Positions 26,035 through 34,159 of a DNA stretch of 34,159 nt are shown here, piece by piece. This DNA is from Candidatus Acetothermia bacterium (GTDB lineage Bacteria > Bipolaricaulota > Bipolaricaulia > M55B111): contig JBKGZT010000007.1 in NCBI GenBank assembly GCA_046543235.1, positions 1-34,159 of the forward strand, in the 5' to 3' direction. Made by a program: the position numbers and the translations under genes. Every line of letters starts with the position of its first letter. Within the stretch, counting starts at the first letter, position 1. The notes beneath the pieces were generated by a model, which was not told the origin of the DNA, did not search any database, and saw nothing but the letters and a program-made list of their open reading frames with translations.

Positions 26035-27492
26035 ATGTTACAGACGAACAAGCTCGTAAATAAAACTCCCCAGTTCAACATTCTCTCCGAGGACGATAAG
26101 GAGGAGTTATTCCATGCGTCCTTGGAGATACTCCAGAATACTGGGATGAGGGTCGATCACGAAGAGGCAAGGTCAATTTTTGCGGACGCCGGAGCCCGGG
26201 TAGAGGAAAACATGGTCTATATACCTCCTCACCTGGTGAAAGAAGCCCTAAGTAAAGCTCCGGAAAAGATACTGATTTACGACAGAAACGGCGAGCTCGC
26301 GATGAGGTTGGGCGGGACGAACTCCTATTTCGGATCCGGGACGGACGTGCCCAGAACGCTGGACGAAGACGGCGAGATGAGAAACTCCACCGAGGAAGAC
26401 CTCGCAAAATGGGCGAGGGTCTGTGATAACCTCGAAAACATCGATTTCACGTCTCCAATAGGTTTGCTCAGAGACAGGCAGGAGAATATCCAGGACCTGC
26501 TTGAAGCCCGGCAGATGATAGCGAATACGACGAAGCCCGTGATGTTTTGCTCCTGGGACGACCAGGGGACGGAAGACATCTTCGAAATGGCCTCGATTGC
26601 GGTCGGAGGAAAGGATCAGCTGAAGGCGAAACCCTACATAATACACTACATCGAGCCCGTAACGCCGTTGAGCCATAGCAAGGAGGTAATGGCGCAGACG
26701 ATCTTTGGCGCTAAAAACCACCTGCCGACGATCTATACACCGATGCCCTCCGCCGGAGCGGTCAGTCCGATGACCTTTGCCGGTTCGATCGCGCTGGGGC
26801 TGGCCGAGTCTCTGACCGGTATTACGCTCGCACAGCTGGTAAACGAGGGTGCTCCCATGATTACGGGGGGAATTTATTCCATCCTGGATATGCAGACTTC
26901 CGGTTTCGTTTACGGGGGACCCGAGTTCGCCCTGATGAACGGAGCGGTAGCCGAAATGAGCAACTATCTCGGCCTGCCGATGTTTGGTACGGCCGGAGTT
27001 ACGGACTCCAAACAGGTCGACGCCCAGGCGGCGATCGAGGCAACTTTCAACCTCGCGACACAATCGCTGGTCGGTTCAAACCTCATTCACGACGTCGGTT
27101 ATCTATCCTCCGGTCTGCTTTATTCCTACGACCAGCTCGTAATGAGCGACGAGATCATCGGGATGGTAAAGCGAGTAATGGAAGGAATAGATACTTCTGG
27201 CGACCGGATCCCGCTCGATTTAATCGACGAAGTTGGTCCGAAGGGGAATTTCCTCAATACTTCGCACACCATGGATAACTTCAAGGAAGAGCACTGGCAG
27301 CCGAGCCTCATGGACCGCCAGAACTTCGATGCCTGGAAGAGTAACGGGAGCAAGACCATGGGTGAAAGGATAAGCGAGAAGTCCAGGGAAATCCTGGAAA
27401 ACCATGAAGCTCCTCGCCTCGATGAAGACAAGCTGGAAAAGCTGGATGAGATCATCGCCGAGGAGAAAGAAAAGAGAGACGTGAGCTATTAA
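26035..27492 (+). CDS. mttB: Trimethylamine methyltransferase (MttB/COG5598) family protein, pyrrolysine-free
   Basis: ASLEILQNTG, ALSKAP, PVTPL, GAVSPMT.AG....LAE.L.G, DMQTSG..YGGPE, TDSKQVDAQA, NLIHDVG, VGPKGNFL..HT, DR.....W...G. No in-frame TAG. Confidence 0.92.
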   Translation: MLQTNKLVNKTPQFNILSEDDKEELFHASLEILQNTGMRVDHEEARSIFADAGARVEENMVYIPPHLVKEALSKAPEKILIYDRNGELAMRLGGTNSYFGSGTDVPRTLDEDGEMRNSTEEDLAKWARVCDNLENIDFTSPIGLLRDRQENIQDLLEARQMIANTTKPVMFCSWDDQGTEDIFEMASIAVGGKDQLKAKPYIIHYIEPVTPLSHSKEVMAQTIFGAKNHLPTIYTPMPSAGAVSPMTFAGSIALGLAESLTGITLAQLVNEGAPMITGGIYSILDMQTSGFVYGGPEFALMNGAVAEMSNYLGLPMFGTAGVTDSKQVDAQAAIEATFNLATQSLVGSNLIHDVGYLSSGLLYSYDQLVMSDEIIGMVKRVMEGIDTSGDRIPLDLIDEVGPKGNFLNTSHTMDNFKEEHWQPSLMDRQNFDAWKSNGSKTMGERISEKSREILENHEAPRLDEDKLEKLDEIIAEEKEKRDVSY

Positions 27493-27501
27493 GGAGGAAC
27501 A

Positions 27502-28950
27502 ATGTTAGAAAACAAACTTGCAAGCAACAAATCCGTTCAAGACAAAGTCGGTTTTCAGGTTCTGACGGAATCGCAGGTAAAGGACATACATCAGGCTTCC
27601 CTTGAAATTCTCCAGACTACCGGCGTGAATATTCACCTCAAGGAAACCAGGGACATGCTTGAAGACGCCGGCTGCAAAGTTGAAGGAGAGAGGGTATTCT
27701 TTCCGCCCGGACTGGTCGAATGGGCAATTGACGCGGCTCCTTCCCGAACCTTCCTTTACGACAGAAACGGTGAGAATCCCCTGACCCTTGGAGGGCATAA
27801 TACGACTTTCGGCCTCGGACCCACGCTGCTCAACATGAGGGATCCCGAGACCGGGGAGAGGAGGCCATTCCGAAAACAGGATACGGTGAATGCGGCCCGG
27901 CTGGTGGACGCGTTGGACAACATCGACTGGGTATCGGGACTAGGCACCATAGACGATGTCCCGCACGAGTACTCGGATCGGCACGAATTCGAGGCAATGG
28001 TCAAGAATACGACCAAGCCGATCGTCGCCTGGTCTTATACGAACGAAGGTCTTAAGGACATCATCGAGATGGCATCGGCCGTGGCGGGAAGCGAGGAGGG
28101 GTTCCTGCGCAAGCCTTTCGTCGTGTCCTACTCCGAACCTATTTCCCCTCTGACGCATGATAAGGACGCATCCGAGAAACTGCTCATGACCGCCGATTAC
28201 GGTATTCCGACGATCCATACCCCAATACCACAGGCCGGTGCGAGTGCACCCGTTACGCTGGCCGGACAGCTCGCCCAGGGTAACGCGGAAAACCTCTCCG
28301 GGCTCGTCATCTCGCAGGTCAGAAGAGAAGGCCTGCCCTACTTTATCGGTGGCGTGATATCGATCATGGATATGCAGACTGCGATACTTGCTTACGGTGC
28401 TCCGGAGAAGGAGCTGGCGACGGCCGCTTACATGGATATGGCCCACCACTACGATATACCTACTTTCGGTACGGCAGGTTGCACGGATTCCAAGGTCGTC
28501 GATCAGCAGGCAGGAATTGAAGCCACCTTCTCCTCCCTCTTTTCGGCGTTAAGCGGAGCAAATCTCGTTCACGATGTCGGCTATATCGAATCCGGTTCCA
28601 CGGGATCACTCAGCCAGATAGCGATGGTTGACGAAATAGTCGGGATGCTCAAGAGGTTCTCGAACGGTATAGAGGTGAACGATTATACCCTGGCGTTGGA
28701 CGTAATAGACGAGATTGGTCCCGAGGGAGATCACCTGACTCATAAACACACATTGGATAATTTCAAGGAGGTCGCCTGGCGCCCCACGCTCATGGATAGA
28801 AACGTTCCCGATACCTGGAAGGACAAGGGGGCAAAGACCATGGAAGAAAGGTTGAAGGAAAAGGTCAAAGATATACTGGAGAACCACGAACCCGAGCCGT
28901 TACCGGATGACGTGATAAAGAAGATAGACCAAGTAATTGAAGGGCTATAA
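27502..28950 (+). CDS. mttB: Trimethylamine methyltransferase (MttB/COG5598) family protein, pyrrolysine-free, paralog 2
   Basis: IHQASLEILQTTG, PISPL, GASAPVTLAG...GNAE.L.G, DMQT...AYGAPE, TDSKVVDQQAG.E, ANLVHDVG, IGPEGDHL..HT. No in-frame TAG. Confidence 0.92.
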   Translation: MLENKLASNKSVQDKVGFQVLTESQVKDIHQASLEILQTTGVNIHLKETRDMLEDAGCKVEGERVFFPPGLVEWAIDAAPSRTFLYDRNGENPLTLGGHNTTFGLGPTLLNMRDPETGERRPFRKQDTVNAARLVDALDNIDWVSGLGTIDDVPHEYSDRHEFEAMVKNTTKPIVAWSYTNEGLKDIIEMASAVAGSEEGFLRKPFVVSYSEPISPLTHDKDASEKLLMTADYGIPTIHTPIPQAGASAPVTLAGQLAQGNAENLSGLVISQVRREGLPYFIGGVISIMDMQTAILAYGAPEKELATAAYMDMAHHYDIPTFGTAGCTDSKVVDQQAGIEATFSSLFSALSGANLVHDVGYIESGSTGSLSQIAMVDEIVGMLKRFSNGIEVNDYTLALDVIDEIGPEGDHLTHKHTLDNFKEVAWRPTLMDRNVPDTWKDKGAKTMEERLKEKVKDILENHEPEPLPDDVIKKIDQVIEGL

Positions 28951-28957
28951 GGTGGCA

Positions 28958-28987
28958 GGGAGGAAGGGCACGACGGCTCTTCCTCCC
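28958..28987 (+). terminator. Hairpin after the second methyltransferase
   Basis: 12-bp stem GGGAGGAAGGGC / GCTCTTCCTCCC (one G-U) with a 6-nt loop. Lacks a strong U-tract. Confidence 0.55.
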
Positions 28988-29028
28988 GCTACCCTAATTT
29001 GGAGATCCGGAGGTGATTGCTTAATTAC

Positions 29029-29080
29029 TTGCAATTATTCCTAAGCAGGGTATACTGAAAATATACTAGCCGTATATCGG
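29029..29080 (+). promoter_or_regulatory. Promoter and palindromic operator upstream of the ABC importer
   Basis: TTGCAA(29029-29034)-N16-TATACT(29051-29056). Perfect ATATAC-TAGCC-GTATAT at 29061-29077, followed by CGG. Confidence 0.7.
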
Positions 29081-29125
29081 CAAAACCAACAAAAACTTCA
29101 AACCACGGGAGGTTTATTCGCAGAT

Positions 29126-30418
29126 ATGTTTAAATCTACCGAGAAACTGTTCGGCCTGTTTGCCGTTATCCTGGCCATTTCTCTTCTAGTTGGTGCTGGC
29201 TCGGTGGCGCGTGCCGAGACGTATAAGGTCGGTACGATATGGCCCATGACAGGTACTTCTGCCGCCTTTGGGGTAATCCAGAAAGCAAATAGCCTCGTGG
29301 AGAAGTACGTCAACGAGGCGGGAGGTATCAGGGGTTACGACCTGGAGCTCGTACAGCGGGATTCGGCAAGCGAGCCCAATAAAGGTGTCGACGCGGCCAG
29401 AAAGCTCGTCAACGTCGAAGGTGTTCACGGTATGGTCGGTGCTTACTCCAGCGGCGTCGCGATGGCCGTAGCTGAGGGAGTAACCATTCCAAACGAGATA
29501 CCTTATATTACTATTGGAACTTCCCCGACGATCTCTGTAGTGGATGACGATGACTACTTCTTCCGGACCTCTGCCCACGATCTCTTCAACGGAAGGGTGC
29601 TGGGAGATGCCATGTGGGATGACGGACACGAGAAGGTCGGAATCATTTACGTGAATAACGCCTATGGACAGGGGCTGGCGGACGCGGCCGCGGTCACGAT
29701 CGAGGAGATCCATGACGGTGAAGTTCTGGGCAAGGTCCCGTTCGAGATAGGTAAATCCAGCTACACCTCTCAGTTGAAGCAGGCTTACGCCGACGGTGAA
29801 GTCGACGCGGCGTTGATTATTGCTTATCCCGAAGACGCGACGACGATGCACAATAACATCGTGGCGCTAGGTTATCAGGACATACCCTGGTACGGTAGCC
29901 CGGACCAAAAGGTGCCGGAATTGATCGACTCCCTCGGCGTTGGATACATGTCGAGCATCCAGATCGGCTCAACTCAGGGTCGTTGGGAAGGTCCTTCCAA
30001 CGATAGCTTCGTTAATGGGTATAAAGAGGAATACGGGGAAGAACCACCCAAACCCTACATGGCACCTGGTTTCGATGCCGTAGCTTCCATGGCTCTTGCC
30101 ATCGCGGCTACCGGGGAGGACCCCGGAGAGATAACCGGGACGGACATCCGGGACCAGCTTAGACCGGTGACTTCTCCTCCCGGCGAGGAAATCTATGCCA
30201 CACCTGAAGGCTTTGAGAAGGCATTCAGCCTGCTGGAAGAAGGAAAGGATATCAACTACATCGGTGCCAGCGGTAAGATCGAATTTGACAAGTACGGAGA
30301 CGCCATGTCGGCCATTCAGACCTGGACGATAACTGAGGACGGGAACATCAAAGTCGTGGAAAACGTCCTTCCCGAACCGATTCCCAGAGACTTAATGGGC
30401 GAAGAATACCAGGGGTAG
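29126..30418 (+). CDS. ABC transporter substrate-binding protein, LivK/LivJ (HAAT) family
   Basis: Signal peptide ending ARA, KVGTIWPMTG, VNEAGGIRG, GAYSSGV, DYFFRT, NNAYGQGL, YIGASGKIEFD. Confidence 0.9.
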   Translation: MFKSTEKLFGLFAVILAISLLVGAGSVARAETYKVGTIWPMTGTSAAFGVIQKANSLVEKYVNEAGGIRGYDLELVQRDSASEPNKGVDAARKLVNVEGVHGMVGAYSSGVAMAVAEGVTIPNEIPYITIGTSPTISVVDDDDYFFRTSAHDLFNGRVLGDAMWDDGHEKVGIIYVNNAYGQGLADAAAVTIEEIHDGEVLGKVPFEIGKSSYTSQLKQAYADGEVDAALIIAYPEDATTMHNNIVALGYQDIPWYGSPDQKVPELIDSLGVGYMSSIQIGSTQGRWEGPSNDSFVNGYKEEYGEEPPKPYMAPGFDAVASMALAIAATGEDPGEITGTDIRDQLRPVTSPPGEEIYATPEGFEKAFSLLEEGKDINYIGASGKIEFDKYGDAMSAIQTWTITEDGNIKVVENVLPEPIPRDLMGEEYQG

Positions 30419-30438
30419 GTTAGCTTTTCGGAGAAGGT

Positions 30439-30468
30439 AGAGCGGGGCAGGTCTTCCTGCCTCGCTCT
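30439..30468 (+). terminator. Intra-operon hairpin after the substrate-binding gene (mRNA stabiliser or partial terminator)
   Basis: 13-bp stem AGAGCGGGGCAGG / CCTGCCTCGCTCT with a TCTT loop. Confidence 0.6.
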
Positions 30469-30547
30469 TGTATATCCGAGGAATCGGTAATGATCCCTGA
30501 AAGATAAACTTTGGCCCTTTATTAGATATTATCAGGAGGTAAGAAGG

Positions 30548-31321
30548 GTGGCATTACTTGAGCTCAACGAGGTAACGAAGGAGTTTGGAGGTATAACTGC
30601 CGTGGATCGGGCGGACATCAGCGTCGAAGAAGGAAGCATTACTGGTCTGATTGGCCCCAACGGGGCGGGGAAGACCACGGTCTTTAACCTGATAACGGGT
30701 TTCCATCCTCTGACTGGCGGTGAAATCTACTTCGATGGTGAAAAAATCCAGCCGGGCCACAAGCCCCACGAGATCTTCAACAAGGACATATATCGATCGT
30801 TCCAGGTGACGAGGGAGCTTTCGAAGATAACTGTGCTGGAGAACCTGCTGATAGCACCTCCGGATCAACCGGGAGAAAAGTTCTGGAAGACCTGGATGCA
30901 ACCGGGAGCCGTCGCCGACAAGGAGGAAAAGAACTACAGCAAGGCAATGGAGACTCTGGAGTTTCTCGGGATGAGCGACGTAGCAGATGACTACGCCGGT
31001 AAGCTCTCCGGCGGCGAGAGGAAGCTGTTGGAGCTTGGTCGGATGATGATGGTAGAACCAAAGCTCGTGCTGCTGGACGAACCCGGAGCGGGAGTCCCGC
31101 CCAACATGCAAAAGAAGGTAAACGACAAGATAAGGGAACTAAACGAGGACTTCGGCATGACTTTTCTGGTCGTAGAACACGACATGGCCGTGATAATGAA
31201 CCTCTGTCATCCGATCAACGTGTTGGTAGATGGCCGCAAGATGACGGTAGGCTCGCCGGAGGAAGTCCAGAATGACGAGCGCGTGGTCAAGGCCTATCTC
31301 GGAAAATCAACTGAAAACTAG
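30548..31321 (+). CDS. livG: ABC transporter ATP-binding protein, LivG-like
   Basis: FGGITAV, GPNGAGKTT.FN, LSGGERK, LLDEP, VEHDM, VVKAYLG. Confidence 0.9.
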   Translation: MALLELNEVTKEFGGITAVDRADISVEEGSITGLIGPNGAGKTTVFNLITGFHPLTGGEIYFDGEKIQPGHKPHEIFNKDIYRSFQVTRELSKITVLENLLIAPPDQPGEKFWKTWMQPGAVADKEEKNYSKAMETLEFLGMSDVADDYAGKLSGGERKLLELGRMMMVEPKLVLLDEPGAGVPPNMQKKVNDKIRELNEDFGMTFLVVEHDMAVIMNLCHPINVLVDGRKMTVGSPEEVQNDERVVKAYLGKSTEN

Positions 31322-31332
31322 GGAGGACTGAT

Positions 31333-32097
31333 ATGGTTTCGGAAAACTCGGAGGAGCAGAAAGCAGAGGAGGTCGGGAACGCACGTGAGGGTACCCCTCT
31401 GCTGGAAGTAGATGGAGTAACGGCGGGTTACGGGGATATCAACGTCCTGTTTGACGCTTCTATCCAGGTAAACGAAGGAGAATTCGTCGTCCTGATCGGA
31501 CCGAATGGTGCTGGCAAGACGACCCTGATAAGGTCGATTGACGGGGTTCTAGAGCCGAAGGAAGGACGGGTAGTATTTGGTGGAGAGGACGTAACTTACG
31601 AGAGCCCGGCCGACATGCTGGAAAGAGGGATCAGCACTGTACCTCAGGAAGGTAACATATTTACAGACCTTTCCGTAAAGGACAACCTGATAATGGGGGC
31701 TTACACTTACGATGGTATCGTCGAGAGCCGGCTCGAGATGGTATACGATCTCTTTCCAATATTGGAGGAAAGGTCCGATCAGGTAGCCGGAACCATGTCC
31801 GGCGGTCAACGCCAGATGCTCGCGATTAGCCGGGGCACCATGGTAGATCCGGATATGTTGATCCTGGACGAGCCTACAGCCGGCCTACAGCCGAACTTGG
31901 TAACAGACGTACTGGATTCAATTGCCAGGCTGAAGAAAGAGGAGAACCTGACGGTACTCCTTGTAGCCCAGACCGAACAAGCGATACCGATGGCCGACTG
32001 GGGATACCTGCTGAGAAGCGGCGAAATCCTGGTGGACGACAGGGCGGACAGACTGCTGGATAACGAACTGGTCAGCGATCTATATTTCGGAGGGTGA
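31333..32097 (+). CDS. livF: ABC transporter ATP-binding protein, LivF-like
   Basis: AGYG, GPNGAGKTT, FPILEER..Q.AGTMSGGQRQML, LDEPTAGL, YFGG. Confidence 0.9.
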   Translation: MVSENSEEQKAEEVGNAREGTPLLEVDGVTAGYGDINVLFDASIQVNEGEFVVLIGPNGAGKTTLIRSIDGVLEPKEGRVVFGGEDVTYESPADMLERGISTVPQEGNIFTDLSVKDNLIMGAYTYDGIVESRLEMVYDLFPILEERSDQVAGTMSGGQRQMLAISRGTMVDPDMLILDEPTAGLQPNLVTDVLDSIARLKKEENLTVLLVAQTEQAIPMADWGYLLRSGEILVDDRADRLLDNELVSDLYFGG

Positions 32098-32107
32098 TGA
32101 GTAAAAA

Positions 32108-33040
32108 ATGCTAGGCAGTATACTTGACGGTATAATACTCGGTTGCGTGATTACCCTGGGGGGACTTGGGATTTCTTACGTGTTACTCCTCCAAAACTAT
32201 TTCAACTTCACTGGAGGTACGTACTTCACGCTCGGGGCATATATGGCACTTGCCTTTCTCGGCTTTATCCCCATGGGTTCGTTTCCGCTGGTAACGTTCG
32301 GGCCTGGATTGATCCTCGCCCTCTTGTTGTCGATGATTTCCATGGCGTTGATCATGACGGCCGTCGACAAGTTCCTCTACCGGCCTTTGCGAGAGAGAAA
32401 TTCCCCCTTTATGTTCTTCTACCTGACTGCCTTTGGGATGCTCTTCGTTTTCCGCAGCATAATTTATCTTACCTGGGGAGCCCAGCTCAAGAACTACACA
32501 TCAGGGATCCCCAAATATCTGAGGTTTGCCGGGATGAGCGTAACGTGGGACGAGATCTTCGTCGTCATAGCTACCTTGGTGATAGTAGCGATCGTTTACT
32601 ATTTCCAGTATCACACGAAACTTGGAAAGGGAATGCTGGCGACGGCGAACAATTCCGAGTTGGCTGAGATGTCCGGGATTAAGAACCGGGACATAAATAC
32701 ATTGACGACCGTCATAGCGGGGATATTGACGGCGACGGGCGGAGTTTTTTACGGCCTTACCATACAGCTCCGGCCGATGATGGGGTTCACGTTGCTCATG
32801 GCGATGTTCTTCGCGGTAGTGACGGGCGGTGAGGGAGCGATTCTCGGCACGTTTGGCGCCGGTTTGATCATCGGGATAACGCAGGAGTTCGGGTCCTCTC
32901 TCCTCCAGATGCTTTGGGATTCCACGGGAGTACCAATTCAGATGGGTGGTTACAAAGCTACCCTCTCTTTCCTTTTACTCGTGGTAATCCTGATCTTTCA
33001 GCCGGAGGGAATATTCAAAGGGACCCCGCTCGAAAAGTGA
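32108..33040 (+). CDS. livH: ABC transporter permease, LivH-like
   Basis: Hydrophobic. Motifs G...G.....GLG, FNFTGG, YRPLR, TKLGKGMLA.A.N.ELA..SGI, QPEGIF. Confidence 0.88.
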   Translation: MLGSILDGIILGCVITLGGLGISYVLLLQNYFNFTGGTYFTLGAYMALAFLGFIPMGSFPLVTFGPGLILALLLSMISMALIMTAVDKFLYRPLRERNSPFMFFYLTAFGMLFVFRSIIYLTWGAQLKNYTSGIPKYLRFAGMSVTWDEIFVVIATLVIVAIVYYFQYHTKLGKGMLATANNSELAEMSGIKNRDINTLTTVIAGILTATGGVFYGLTIQLRPMMGFTLLMAMFFAVVTGGEGAILGTFGAGLIIGITQEFGSSLLQMLWDSTGVPIQMGGYKATLSFLLLVVILIFQPEGIFKGTPLEK

Positions 33041-33060
33041 TTATCGGAGGAGTGATCTAA

Positions 33061-33993
33061 ATGGACGCATATATTGCGGCACTGCTTTGTATGGGGGCGG
33101 CCTATTCGGTTTTTACGATAGGCTATAACCTACAATGGGGTTATACGGGTCTGTTCAACCTCTCGGTCTTTGGTCTGGCTGCGGTCGGAGGTTATACCTC
33201 CGTCATTTTGACTACCTCCGCGGCCGGTGGACATCTTGGTGGATTCGGTCTTCCCTATATTGTCGGTATACTCGCAGGTGCTTTGATAGCTGGGTTGATC
33301 GGAGCTGCGATCGGTACAATTACGCTGCGGCTGGAATTCGGCTTCTTCGCGATCGCCACGCTTGGGCTGGGAAAGTTCCTCATTGCCATATTAAAGAACG
33401 AAAAAGGCCTGACGAACGGGGTCTGGGGAATTGGAGGTGTTCCTAAACCCCTTTCAGGCGTCGCGGGGCCTTATGCCAACTGGGCTTACGGTGGCATCAG
33501 CCTGGTCATCCTCCTGGTGGTCTATTATCTTGCTCAGAAACTGGTTACCTCGCCCTGGGGGAGACTTCAGCTGGCAATCAAGGACGATGAACACCTGACG
33601 CAGATGCTCGGTAAAAACGTCTGGCGCTACCGTATGGAGTCGCTCGTGCTGGGTTCCATGTTGATGGGGCTCGGTGGAGCGATGTATGCGCACTATCAGG
33701 GCTATATCAACCCGAAATCCTATACGGACATAATGTGGGCCTTCCTCCCTTTGCTGATGGTCGTCGCCGGAGGTAGCGGGAACCACAAAGGGTCCATCCT
33801 GGGTGCGTTTGTCGTCTGGGGCGCCTGGAGTGTTTCCGAGGTATTTGCCGGCTACCTGCCTATAGCCTCAATGAAGATACCTCACATCAGGACGCTCGTC
33901 GTCGGTATTTTGATAATCTCGATTCTGAGGTGGAGACCTCGGGGATTAATTGGACGTAAGAGAGCAGTATCGTCCTCCGCCGGTGAGAGATAG
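33061..33993 (+). CDS. livM: ABC transporter permease, LivM-like
   Basis: NLQWGYTGLFN, LRLEFGFFAIATLG, SPWGR...AIKDDE.....LGKN, GGSGN..G..LGA, RPRGLIG. Confidence 0.9.
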   Translation: MDAYIAALLCMGAAYSVFTIGYNLQWGYTGLFNLSVFGLAAVGGYTSVILTTSAAGGHLGGFGLPYIVGILAGALIAGLIGAAIGTITLRLEFGFFAIATLGLGKFLIAILKNEKGLTNGVWGIGGVPKPLSGVAGPYANWAYGGISLVILLVVYYLAQKLVTSPWGRLQLAIKDDEHLTQMLGKNVWRYRMESLVLGSMLMGLGGAMYAHYQGYINPKSYTDIMWAFLPLLMVVAGGSGNHKGSILGAFVVWGAWSVSEVFAGYLPIASMKIPHIRTLVVGILIISILRWRPRGLIGRKRAVSSSAGER

Positions 33994-34014
33994 GACAACT
34001 GAGCGCGCGGAAAT

Positions 34015-34159
34015 ATGAAAACGGTTCAAAATCCGCACGAGAGAGAATATACCGGGCTGGAGCGAAACTTACTTCGGTTATCCGACTACTACCTTTCCGC
34101 GAGCAAGCTCAGGTACCAGGACGACGTAGTGGAAACTCTGGAGTCCCTTTACTGTATCA
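34015..34159 (+). CDS. Possible start of a further gene, truncated by the window end
   Basis: ATG 34015 opens a stop-free frame (MKTVQNPHEREYTGLERNLLRLSDYY...) to the edge, 21 bp after livM. No family recognised and no strong SD. Confidence 0.35.
   Translation, partial: MKTVQNPHEREYTGLERNLLRLSDYYLSASKLRYQDDVVETLESLYCI

Noticed and set aside
26035-28950. Pyrrolysine read-through in the MttB homologues
   Set aside because: Both frames are full length with no in-frame TAG, and no pyl genes are in the window.
17270-33786. Many long antisense or alternate-frame ORFs rich in Ser/Pro/Arg
   Set aside because: These are shadow frames of well-supported genes with Glu/Asp-biased codon usage.
1-34159. 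CRISPR arrays, tRNA, rRNA, integrase or transposase genes
   Set aside because: No regularly spaced direct repeats, cloverleaf or rRNA signatures, or recombinase motifs were seen by eye.

Overview
A gene-dense bacterial chromosomal window (Shine-Dalgarno sites, sigma70-like promoters). The proteins are strongly Glu/Asp-rich, suggesting a salt-in halophilic anaerobe; Candidatus Bipolaricaulota/KB1-like is an inference only. In order, it contains: a partial Cys-rich ORF; an FGGY sugar kinase; a minus-strand run of SsnA-like amidohydrolase, non-canonical DHODH-fold flavoprotein, class II CPD photolyase and UroD/MtaA-family protein; a membrane protein plus THEP1-type NTPase; a fused MetF-MetV methylene-THF reductase; a 476-bp non-coding element with terminal inverted repeats; and a Mo/W-cofactor operon (moaC, MOSC, moaB, moaA, moeA, moeA-PBP, mobA; no moaD/moaE/moeB). 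That operon converges on a creatininase-family/NuoE/NuoF/FdhA formate dehydrogenase operon. The window ends with a hydantoinase-A-like gene and a GntR regulon of two pyrrolysine-free MttB-family methyltransferases plus a Liv-type ABC importer. The best leads are: (1) the nested-inverted-repeat, MITE-like or structured-RNA element at 10489-10964; (2) a GntR-controlled uptake and demethylation system for an unknown N-methylated substrate, with a readable ATATAC-N5-GTATAT operator, plausibly feeding MetF-MetV and FDH; (3) a structured leader with an anti-SD upstream of ssnA; (4) an FDH beta subunit that keeps bifurcating-type motifs but lacks the C-terminal ferredoxin domain. All calls are by eye from motifs; no database searches or folding programs were run.
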